Assembly (NCBI RefSeq): GCF_009914755.1
Contig: NC_060938.1
Source: the human T2T-CHM13v2.0 reference genome, Homo sapiens
Direction: 5' to 3' (one strand)
DNA: 64,000 nucleotides
Shown piece after piece: positions 22,060 through 48,862 of the stretch. Position 1 is the stretch's first letter. Each line of letters starts with the position of its first letter. The translations under genes and the position numbers were made by a program. Below the pieces are notes generated by a model. The model did no database searches, was not told the DNA's origin, and saw only the letters and a list, made by a program, of their open reading frames with translations.

Positions 22060-23335
22060 TATCCCTGCCTGGACTGACCCACGGCCAACCCACACTCAAT
22101 GGTGAAGACTGGATGCTTCCCCAGGATCAAGGACAAGAGGATGTCTGTTCACACCACTGCTATTCAATGTGGTAAACAAAAAAAACAAAAACAAAAAACA
22201 GGCACTAGACTAGAAAGGAAAGATAACACGATCTTGTACCGAAAATCCTAAGTGATCCGCTAAAAAACTATTCAGCATAAAAAATGAGTTCAGCCAGGCT
22301 GCAAGATACAAGATCAATACATATCAACTGAGACTAAATTCGACAAAAGAAGTACAAAACTTATACTCTGAGAACTAATAAAATTGTTGAAACAAATTAA
22401 AGAAGACCCAAATAAATGGAAAGAAATCCTGTATTCAGGTATCAGAAGACTTTACACTGTTTAGGCGGCAGTGTTCCCCAAAATGACCAACATATTAACG
22501 CAATCCCCGTCAAAATCCCAGCTGACTTCTTGGCAGAAACTGACAAGCTGATCCTAAAATTCATATTGCCACTCAAGGGACTTCAAACAGGCAGCATAAC
22601 ACTTTTGAAAGAGAGCAGTTAGAGGACTCACAGTTCCTGATTTCAAAACTGACTGCGAAGCTTCAGTGTCCTGAACAGCGTGGAACGGGCACCAGGACTG
22701 TCATGCAGTCACTAAGCCAAACTGAGGATCCAGAAATGAGCTTTTAGGTTTACGGTCAATCGATTTTCAGCAAGGGCACCAAGAGGATGCCAACTGGCAA
22801 AATACAGTGTTTTCAACACATGGTCCTGAGAAAACTGGGTCTGCACGTGCAGGAGTGAAGGCAGGCCCTTACCTTACATCACATGCAAACGCTGACTCAA
22901 TATGGACCAAAACCTACTGGAAAGAGAGGAAGGCGCAAAACTCCAAAAAATCATAAGCACAAATCTTCACGATTTGGACTGGATTAGGCAACATTTGTTA
23001 GTTATGATACCAAAAGCACAGCCATCAAGAGACTAAATAGGTAAACTGGATACTATCAGAATTTAAAACTTTCATGCTCCAAAGGATACCAGCGAAAAAT
23101 AAAAAGACAAAAGAAAATGAAAAGAACGCATGAAATGGCTGAAAATGTCCTATAAATCACACATCCGATAAAAGACTTGTACCTAAAACACATAAAATCA
23201 CACATCCGATAAACGACTTGCACCTAAAATATATAAAATCACACATCCGATAAAAGACTTGTACCTAAAACACATAAAGAACTTTTTCAACTCAATCATA
23301 AGACAAATAACCCAGCAGACATTTCTCCAGTTTGT
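22060..23335 (+). mobile_element. Degenerate L1 ORF2 fragment
   Basis: The residual translation INAIPVKIPADFLAETDKLILKFI resembles the L1 ORF2p C-terminal region; A-rich plus strand. Confidence 0.8.
23152..23277. repeat. 41-bp tandem triplication within L1
   Basis: TCACACATCCGATAAAAGACTTGTACCTAAAACACATAAAA at 23157, 23198 and 23239. Confidence 0.9.
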
Positions 23336-23682
23336 GGTGAACTGGCACTTTGACAAAACGCAGTGAGAATGTCACTACAATATCCAACTGCTATAAATGT
23401 GTTATTTCTGCCTCCATCTCACTGAGGCCATCAAGCAATGGCTGTGGATCCTGTGGGATCCACTGGGTTCTCCCCAAACAGCCCTGGCAGAGTCTGCAGG
23501 ACACCCAGGAGGGGACTCAGGGCACAATTCCTCCTGGAAAGCAGCCTGGGCTGGGCGTGCAGGGTGACGAGGAAGTGGCAGGCCATGAGGTCCATGGCTG
23601 AGTCAGTGCCCTCCACCCTAGCACCACCATCCCCATCTCTGGGACCCGCCGCACGCTCAGCAGCATCCGCGGTGGGAAATAC

Positions 23683-23763
23683 CATTCTGCAGGGTCTGCG
23701 CTCTCGACTCCTTCCCCAGATTCACGTGGAAGCCGCCACCCAGAGTCGGGGTTTTGCCAGCAC
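23683..23763 (-). CDS. BRF1: BRF1 coding exon 2 (81 nt, linker)
   Basis: Polypyrimidine tract and CAG acceptor (23766-23764). Encodes (G)[26 protein letters not shown](G), continuing exon 1 in frame. Donor G|GTATTT. Not in the ORF track; read manually. Confidence 0.96.
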
Positions 23764-23914
23764 CTGGAAACACAAAAAAAGACAGATCAGCCAAAACTTG
23801 GAGATCTGCATTTACAACCCTTTCCTAACATCCACAGACACAAAGTGAGAACAAAGCGGGGGTCAGCACTCATGGGGGAAGCAGCAGGTCGGCCCCCCGC
23901 ACCTCCGTCACTGA

Positions 23915-24359
<445 letters not shown>

Positions 24360-24613
24360 TGAACACATCCACCTCCCTGCTGGACTGCAGGGGACGCAGG
24401 TACCATCCCATGTGCCCCAAGGCACTGCAACCAGCCAGTCTGCAGAAGGCCCCCACGCCTCAGTCCACCCACCCATGGGGAGGCTGCAGCTGAACCTGCT
24501 GGACACTCTACTCCGAAGCTCTGCCAACTGACAGCATGCCTACGACGTCCACCACATTCTGCCCTGCAGGGCTTCGGGGTTAAGACCTGGCCCTGGTACC
24601 TCTGGAAACATCA

Positions 24614-24748
24614 GGTGGACATTTGGATTGTTCACCAGGTTCACCAGCCCGATCGCTGCAGCCTGATCTCCCAATGAGCATGGTGGACATGTGGATTGTT
24701 CACCAGGTTCACCAACCCAAACGCTGCGGCCTGATCTTCCAACGAGAA
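24614..24748. repeat. 68-bp tandem duplication
   Basis: GGTGGACAT(T/G)TGGATTGTTCACCAGGTTCACCA... at 24614 and 24682. Confidence 0.85.
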
Positions 24749-25558
24749 CAGTAAGGTGAGGCCCCAGGCATGCCCAAAGATGGGGAGAGCTGGAAAGTGC
24801 CCCCCGCCCCGCAGCGTCGGCCCTCAGTGGTTGGCACAGGGGCCAGTGCATTTGTGACAAAGCACAGACACAGGACTGGAGGCTGCTGCAATCGGGACGC
24901 GCAGACAACCTTGGCCACTTGGGGGAAGGCAAGTGTGTAGGGCCTGTCGGAGGACACTGGAAGGATAGGATGCAGAAGCAGAAAGCCAATCGCTGGAGCC
25001 TGGGGCCAGGCCCTCCAGGGAAACCATGAGGCAGGGACCTCAGCGTCATCCAGGGGCAGCCACCAGCACAGACAAGGCAGAACAGGCACGGCCTCTGGCT
25101 TCACAATGAATGTAACTGAATCCCAAACAAATACTAACAACACTCTTTAAAGACTCCAGTAAAATGATTCTAAAGTTCAGTTGGAAGCAAAAAGGAATTA
25201 GAGCAGCCAAGAAAAGTTTTGAAGAGAGCAAGGGGCAGCTACTGGGCCCGTCCGGAAACTCAGAGCTGAACAGGGTCAGGTGGCACTCAGCTTTTCCTGG
25301 TGGCAGCAGAGGCAAAGCCCGGGCCTCCTTCAGGCTGAGGCCCAGAGCCGGCCTCCTGGTGGGTAACGTGGCCACAGGGGTGGCCGGCAGCAGCAGCAGG
25401 GCACCAGCACTGAGCACAGGCCTCCAACAAAGGTGGTGCCGGGACGGGGGCAGTGCCTGGAGACTACCTAGGTTGTCACAACTGGGATCTATGTACTAGT
25501 TTTCTGTGGCTGCCATAAAAATTGCCACAAACCTAGTGGCTTTCAAGAAGCTGTAGAA

Positions 25559-29895
<4,337 letters not shown>

Positions 29896-30139
29896 GACTG
29901 GAAACTTCTTTTAAGGGGAGACACCTGTAGGAGGCCTGGCTGGCTGGGCAGTAATGGATGGAGAGGAATTCAGGGGTCCCACAGGTGAGTGCCCAAAGGA
30001 GGCTGGACCAGACCGCAGTGCATCCCTGAGAGCTGGGGACGGGGACCCGGGAACACAGAGCGTGTGCCTACTGGTGGGGCTGGATGCAGTAGCATCAGAC
30101 ATCTGGGAGGAGCACTGACAAACAGGGCCAAGCACGGCA

Positions 30140-30305
30140 GCCCACACCCCTTCCCAGGCGCAGACCCTTCCCATGCGCACACCCCTTCCCAGGCACAGAC
30201 CCTTCCCAGGAGCAACCCTTTCCCAGGCCCACACCCCTTCCCCAGGCCCACATCCCCTCCCCAGGTCCAGACCCCTTCCCAAGCCCAGGCCCCTTCCCCA
30301 GGCCA
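30140..30305. repeat. ~18-bp degenerate minisatellite, ~9 copies
   Basis: CA(C/G)ACCCCTTCCCAGGC(C/G) units; G-run-rich on the minus strand. Confidence 0.85.
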
Positions 30306-31999
30306 CTGCGGAGGAGCTGGTTTTGTAGTGATTACAATTTGGTTACGGAAAACAGGACGTGTGTCACGCTGCAGGCTAACCAGCAGCTTCCTCCCTCACC
30401 CAGATGGCAACGGGACAGAATTCACCCGTTTCCTAAGAGCAGGCACCTTCAGCCACAACTTAGGGTTCTGGGGGTCATGGAGCAGAGGCAGAAGCCTGGA
30501 GCCTTCCACCCTCAGGACTAGAGCCCCGCCAGGAGGCCAGGCGCATGCTCAGAACCCCAGGCCGCAGGGAGAGGCTGGCCGGTCACATCCTTCTCTGAGG
30601 CAGAGGGAGCTTCCCAGCAGGCGAGGGCAACTCCACCACCCATGTCCCCCTCCAGGGCCAGCGCCAGGTGACATGCAGCCATGTCACAAATTAGGTCCGG
30701 CTGCATCGTGACCCCAAACGGAAAACAGCAGCACTCACGGACACCCCAGCTTCGAAGTTCTAACTGTGAAGCCACTGAAAGTTGTGATTACGGGAAACGC
30801 TCCCCACCCCCACAAGTTCTGGTGACACTGAGGTGTGCTGCTCCTTGCACAGGACGAGGAGGGACCCCTGCAAGCAGGAGCCCAGGATGTCTGGTGTGTG
30901 GGCGCCATCACCATCACCTGCTGGCAGAGGGAAGCCTCAGGGCACACACAGTGCAGGACACTGATGTGGGCTCACAGGGAAGCCCCGCCTTGCCTCAGTG
31001 GAGCAGACGGCCTCCTCAGGGCACTGCCAACGGCCCCCAACTCCACCGTCTGCCTGGCCCCTCCAGCCACGCTGAGCCTCAGTCCTCACCCACCCTTCTC
31101 TCTGCACAGTCTCTGCTCGGGTGCCCCGGGACGCTGGAGCACCAGTGTGGTTTCCCCCGTGGGGCCTGGCTTCCAAGGTCAGGACCCTCTGGGGACTCTC
31201 CTGAGGCCTCTGGTCACCTGCCCTGATGCCTTAGTTAAATATTCCAGAGTAAACTGCGAAGCTGTATCAGGCTTAGTTCTCAATTAATAGGCAAAACACC
31301 TAGGAAAGACAGTGGCCTTGGGACTAGAAAACGACAGCTCAGAGAGAAAGCTCAGCTTTCAAGATGAAGCTGGAGGAAGGGGCGGCTGGGGCCTACTTGT
31401 GTGCCAGGGAAACTGAGAAGCCACCAAGGTTTCCAGCCCCCTGTGATCACCACTGTGACGAGGGAGGAAGGATGCCAAGTGGGCACCTAGAGAGCCTGCC
31501 TGGGAGACAGAGGGGCTGCCCAGAGCAACAGATCCCCTCTCTCCTCCCCACTCTCGGCCCAGGCACCACCTGCGCCGGTCCCCAGGGGCTAAGAACCCGC
31601 CGCCTCGCAGCACTTCCCCCAGGACCACCACAGTTGGTTGCTGGGCCTGCGCCTCCCTCCAGAGAGTGTGCCTGGGCTCAGAGGCGTCTTGGGGCCACCT
31701 GACAGCGCTGGCTCTGAGCTTGTTCTGACAGCACCCGGGTGACAGACTTCCAGCTCTGCACTGCTCCACACCACCATCCTCCCCCGGCAGGGCACAGTGA
31801 GGGCAGTGCGCTGTCACCAGGCCCGGATGCACTTAACACTGTGCCTGCCCGGGAAACCCTGCGTCTGCTGCCATGACAACTTGCTTTCATTACTGTTGTT
31901 ATCATCCCAACAGACATCCAAGTCTTGGCAACTGTGACACAGCTGCAAACTCTGTGCCCAGCAGTCCTAGGAAGATACCCAGGGAGTATGAGCATGGAA

Positions 32000-37330
<5,331 letters not shown>

Positions 37331-37788
37331 CACAGTCCAGCTCCTTCCACAGGCTGGGGTCCATCCCCAGCCCGCAATACTGCCCATCACTGAAACGTCC
37401 CCTCCGAGGCCTGCAGCAGCCTGAGTGGCCCTAGGGCATCCGCCCGGTAACCACCAAGGCCAAGGGCAGCAGCAATCGGATTCTAAGTACCAGACATTGC
37501 TGAAAACAAAACTGCAGGCACAGAGAGTGACAGTGAGGGGCAGCTTGAGGGGCCTTCTGGGCTCCCCAGGCTCTCTTCAACCCTCCCTGTGCTGGCTGCC
37601 CTGGCCCACGCGTGTGTCGAGGAAGTCCACGCACGCCACGGGGGTCCACAGGCGCGCGAAGAAGGTCTACATTCTCGCCAAGGGGATCCACACTCGCGCC
37701 CAGACGGCGCAGAACCGCGCGCCCCGACAGAGCGTGCGGTACCGAGGCGCTGGTCCCGGCCGCGCCGTCACCGCCTCCAGCCCGCCTA

Positions 37789-38058
<270 letters not shown>

Positions 38059-38159
38059 TCAAGCCACCCGAGCCTCCGGAGCAGCCCGCGCCGCCCGCCC
38101 AGGCCCAGCCGCCCAGGCCTCGCCGCTCTCGCGAGGCCCCGCTCCAGCCGATTCGCAGC

Positions 38160-38366
38160 CGCAGATTCGCCGCGCGCGCCCGGGCCGCGCCGCCCGCAAC
38201 GGCCGCGCCCGCGGGATGGGACAGGCACCGGGACCACGGCGGGGACGCGAGGACTGGAGCCGCGACCTCCCCACTGCGAGCGAGCTGGCCTCCCTTGCGG
38301 CGCGCCGGCGTCGGAGGGGCGACCTGCGGGGGCTGGGCTTCGGCGGAACCCGAGCGGGGCCTACCG
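38160..38366 (+). other. PACS2: Putative alternative upstream first exon of PACS2 in the BRF1 promoter
   Basis: Plus-strand donor CCG|GTGAGC at 38367, with alternatives at 38411 and 38496. The start is a guess. It agrees with my recollection of an upstream PACS2 isoform, which I have not verified. Confidence 0.5.
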
Positions 38367-38512
38367 GTGAGCGCAGCCGAGGACTGGCGCTTGGGGGCGG
38401 GGCCACGGCGGTGAGCGCAGCCCGGGACTGGAGTTTGGGGCGGGGCCTCGTCGGTGGGCGACACCGGGGACTAGAGCTAAGGGTGGGGCCTCGCGGTGAG
38501 TGCAGCCGGGGA
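38355..38512. repeat. Degenerate ~43-bp GC-box / GTGAGC repeat in the BRF1 promoter (4 copies, more decayed copies to about 38850)
   Basis: GGGGCC-N3-4-CGGTG(A/G)G(C/T)G(C)A..CGGGACT.GAG.TT.GGGG, with GT at 38367, 38411, 38454 and 38496. Confidence 0.7.
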
Positions 38513-39228
38513 CGGGACCCAAGGCTGGCGACGGGACCCAAGGCTGGCGACGCGACCTAAGGCAGTGGGCGGGCCCTTGGCGATGAACGCAGTCGGGGAC
38601 TAAAGCTGGACGCGGGGCAGAGGAGGGTCCTCCTCGGATAGTGAGCGCGGTCTCCAGCGGCGAGCGAGGCCTGGGGTGAGGACTCAGCCGGATGCGGGGC
38701 TGAGGGTGGGGGGCGGGGCCTCCCGTGGAGAGACGGCCTGCGAAGGGAACTGGAGCTGTGGGCGGGGGAAGGGGGCGGAGCCTGGGTCTGGACCCGAACT
38801 GTGGGCGGGGCTTGAGGCGAGGGGGCCGAGCGTGGTGGGCGGGGCCTTGGCTCCTGAGGGCGACCTGGGACCCAACCCCGGGCTCTGGGAGTGGTGGGCG
38901 GGGCCAGGGCAGCTGCGCTGGGGGGCCTGGCCGCAGAGGTGGAGACACCCGCCAGGGGCCACCCTGCCCCGCCCTCCGCATTTGCGGCGTCCGCCGCTCC
39001 GCTCGCCCAGGTTCCAGAGCCTCCCCGTGCGCCCCGCTATTCTCCGTTTTCTGTTCCCCTAAAATTCCCACTTTCTAGCAGTCATTCGTGGCCACCTGTG
39101 GTTACCCGTGAGTCACCTCGCTGTGCCCCCTGCCCAGAGCGGGAACCCTGGCTGCGCACGCCCTCAAATATCTGCAGGTGCTGTTCACAATCGCCATAGG
39201 GCCGGTGACATACCCAGGAATGAGCCTA

Positions 39229-40930
<1,702 letters not shown>

Positions 40931-41239
40931 TTTCCTAGTTTTTTAAGGTGAAAGATGAAATCATTGATTTAAGATCTCTTTTCCTTTATAAATAGGCATT
41001 TTATTGCTATAATTCTCCCTGTAATTACCACTTTAGCTGAATCCTGCACATTTCAATGTGCTGTGTTTTCATTTTCATTCAGCTCAAGATTGTCTCCACT
41101 CTTAATTTCCTCCCGGATCCAAGGGTTATTAGGAAGTGTATTGTTTTGTTTCTAAATGTTGGGGATTTTTCAAATATGTATTATTGATCTCTATGCAAAA
41201 TGCTCTCTGTCCATGATGACATTTCATCCTTATGGCAAC

Positions 41240-41385
41240 ACTAGCTTGCAGACACTGTTGTCTCCATTTTATGGAGGGAGCCCTTGAGGATGTGAGGGGT
41301 GACAGCCCCAAATCTCATAGCCAGTAGGTAACAAAGCCAGAATCCAATCTGAGGCCATGTGGCCACTGGATCCTTGCTCTCACCT
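41240..41385. mobile_element. MIR fragment
   Basis: TCTCCATTTTATGGAGG...CATAGCCAGTAGGTAACAAAGCCAGAATCCAATCTGAGGC, a decayed MIR core. Confidence 0.5.
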
Positions 41386-41729
41386 GACAGACTAGAGGGG
41401 TTATTTCGTGTGCTCCCTCACCAAAGCCTGTGAGGTGCCTGCAGGTGCAAGGGGCAGCATGCCTCCCAGGCCACAGCGGTGCAGGACAGTCAGGCAGTAC
41501 AGGACAGTCAGGCTGTACAGGACAGGATTGGCCAGAGGAGCAGAGGGTGGGGAAGACCACACCCACAACGGTAAGAGGTTTAAAGGGTGTGGTTTCAGCC
41601 AGGCTCGGTGGCTCAGGACTGTAATCCCAGCACTTTGGGAGGCTGAGGAGGGCAGATCACGAGGTCAAGAGATCAAGACCGTCCTGGCCAACATGGTGAA
41701 ACCCATCTTTCCAAAAAATACAAAAATTA

Positions 41730-41873
<144 letters not shown>

Positions 41874-41993
41874 TCACAATAAATAAAATAAAATAAAATA
41901 AAATATAAAAAAGGGTGAGGCTCTACTGGGCAATGGCCCAAGGTGCGTGCTGCCAGAACTAAGCCTTTGCTCAGATGGGCTGCAGAGGAGGGG

Positions 41994-43007
<1,014 letters not shown>

Positions 43008-43601
43008 GGGAGTAACGCTCCCCACGTGATGTGAAGGCATAAAGAATGGAGCCAGGTTAGAGGGAGAATGCGGAGAACTGCCCTGGGGACCGGTTAGGTG
43101 CCCCATGCTGCAAGCGCCCCAGGAAGCTTGGAAACATTTAGGACTGACTGACAAGCTCAAAGAGTCAAGCAAGGGCGGCCAAGGGGCACCAGTGCCCTCA
43201 GAGCACCCACACTGGGCACCCAGCACCAGCTTCCTGTGCCCAGGGTCCTCTGTACTCCTCATTCAGCCCTGCAAGGCAGGACCCTCACTCGCACCGCGCC
43301 AAAGAGGACGCTGGAAACGTGCAGTGATCTCCGCTCTGGCTGTAAACAGGGAGAGGCTGTGGGCTTGCCCCTAGACCTGACTCCAGCACACAGCAGCAGA
43401 GCGGGGCCCAGGCTGGGGGTGTGGGGCAGGAACATTCCTTCATGGGGGCCCCAGAGAGCTGGAAAGTAATGTAGGTGTTGCACTGAAATGAGAGAATTGC
43501 TTTAATCTGAACTGAACGTGCTCGTAACACTTAGACCAGGAAGGATTTCCTTTTCTCAGGGCCTGAGAAAAATGACCTGACCAGCAGGGTTAGAGTTTTG
43601 A

Positions 43602-43964
<363 letters not shown>

Positions 43965-44294
43965 TAGGCATGAGCCACCACACCTGGCCTGTTTTTTGGG
44001 GGTTTTTTTTGAGACTGAGTCTCGCTGTGTCGCCCAGGCTGTAGTGCAATGGCACGATCTTGATGTACCGCAATCTCTACCTCCCGGGTTCAAGCAATTC
44101 TCCTGCCTCAGCCTCCCAAGTAGCTAGGATTACAGGCACCTGCCACTGCGCCCAGCTAATTTTTGTATTTTTAGTAGAGTCAGGGTTCCATCATGTTGGC
44201 CAGGCTCGTCTTGAATTCCTGACCTCAAATGATCCATCTGCCTTGGCCTCCCAAAGTGCTGGGATTACAGGCGTGAGCCACCGTGCCAAGCCCC

Positions 44295-44980
<686 letters not shown>

Positions 44981-45067
44981 CTCAATAGCCCTGTCCCCCC
45001 ATGCAGCAGTCAGCAGGGGAAATGAGAAAGCAAGCTTCTATGGCCTTCTCACCTTCTCACCTGCTGC

Positions 45068-45403
<336 letters not shown>

Positions 45404-45455
45404 CTACAAAAAATTTAAAAATTAGCTGTGCGTGGTGGTGCGTGCCTCTAGTTCA

Positions 45456-45966
<511 letters not shown>

Positions 45967-47141
45967 TCAAGTGATTCTCCTGCCTCAGCCTTCTGAGTAG
46001 CTGGGATTACAGGTATGAGCCACTGTGCCCAGCTAAGTTTTGCAGTTTTAGTAGAGACAGGGTTTCACCATGTTGGCCAGGCTGGTCTGGAACTCCTGAC
46101 TTCATGATCCGCCTGCCTCAGCCCCCCAAAGTGCTGGGATTACAGGCATGAGCCACTGTGCCCAGCCATGACTTTGTCTCTAAATAAATAAATAATTTTT
46201 TAAAACCCTTAGGGACCCAGCACAGTGGTTCACACTTGTAATCCCAGCACTTTGAGAGGCTGAGGCAGGAGGATGGTTTGAGTCCAGGAGATCTGGCCTA
46301 CAGTGAGCCATGATGGCACCACTGCACTCCAGCCTGGTTGACAGAGCAAGACCCTGTCAAGAAAACAAAAGAAAAAAAAAGAAAAAGACAAACAAAACCT
46401 AACAAAACCAGAAATCCATCCTGCACGAAGAGCACTGAGGTTGAGTGTTGGTTGACACGTGTTGCGGTAATTGCTGTTCTGATGTCTGTGAATGTCCTTG
46501 GCTGATTTCTGTATTAGGGCCTGGGTGTTTTCCTTTCTTTTCTAATATTTAAGTTATGTCCTGGCTTATTGTGATGATATTCTATTGTGGGAAAGAAAGA
46601 AGTGTTAAAATTTATGCATCAAGGTCCCTCTTAATCTTGGGGCTCAGGATAACCACAGTCAAGAGGGGAGAGTTTTATTCCTGAATCCAGGTCATGCTGT
46701 GTTCAACTTTACACCCTGATTTGTCACACAATCACATATCTGAGAATTTCCCCATGTTGCTAAAACTGAGGCAGCGTTCCGTTTTGCTGGTTATTCCACA
46801 TCCCATGGGGTGGATGTGCCAGGGCAAGTTTTGTCATTTCCCCTGGACTGGACATTCCTTTCTGTAGGTGTTGCTGTTTGAAATATCTCACACACCTGGA
46901 CCTGTGTCCCTGTTGACATTTCCAGTGTCACCTGCAGGATGCCATGGGATACCCATGAGCCCAGGCAAATCTCCCAAGACGCTGCCAAGCCACTCTGCAG
47001 AGCTGCTCTGGGTCCTGCCCCAGGTGCTGTGTGAGGGAGCTGCGCTGCCTGCGCCCAACCCAGGAGGGGAGCAGCGTGCAGGACACCGAGGATGTCATCA
47101 CGACCTTAGGTCTGTATTAGGTCTAGATTAGCCTGCATTAA

Positions 47142-47486
<345 letters not shown>

Positions 47487-47811
47487 TAATTTACAATTCG
47501 TGATAGTAGTGACAACTGTCTCACTTATTCTTTTGTGAATCTTTTGTAGCTTCTCTAACCATTTTCCACTGGGAATTTTTTAGTGGTCTTATGGACTTGT
47601 ATGATTTCCTTTGATATTAAGAATGTTACCCTAGTGAGCCAGGCACAGTGGCTCACGCCTGTAATCCCAGCACTTTGGGAGGTCGAGGCGGGCGGATCAT
47701 GAGGTCAGGAGATCAAGACCATCCTGGCTAACACGGTGAAACCCCGTCTCTAATAAAAATACAAAAAATTAGCCAGGCGTGGTGGCAGGCGCCTGTAGTC
47801 CCCCCTACTCA

Positions 47812-47919
<108 letters not shown>

Positions 47920-48302
47920 TCAAAAAAAAAAAAAAAAAAAAAAAGAATGTTACCCTAGTGAAACATTCAGTATTCTTACAAAGATCATCCTCAATAGTTT
48001 GTTGCGTTGGGTGAGGGTTCCCTTTGCACGTTTGGTTTTTTCAGGACGGGGCGCAGCCCCAGCCAGATGGCGCCCGGCTCTCCAGCCAGCGGCAGCTCAC
48101 CCTGCTGTGGTTTGATTTTCCCTACACAATTAATACATGTTCATCATGGAGAAAATAGGAGATAAAGATAAGCAAAAAGGAGAAACCAAATCAATGGAAT
48201 CCCCATCACACAGAGATACTTTCTTAACACTTTGGATTAATTTGTATCCTATCAATATTTTTCTATACCTGAAAATAGGTGTTTTATATGTATAATCACT
48301 AA

Positions 48303-48862
<560 letters not shown>

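Noticed and set aside
23674-23682. Exon 2 donor GTATTTCCC as a second U12 site
   Set aside because: It lacks the CC at +5/+6, and the intron 2 3' end shows no TCCTTAAC-type branch point.
38216-38495. In-frame alternative PACS2 N-terminus from ATG 38216
   Set aside because: The available donors give phase 1, 0, 1 and 1, whereas PACS2 exon 1 ends in phase 2.
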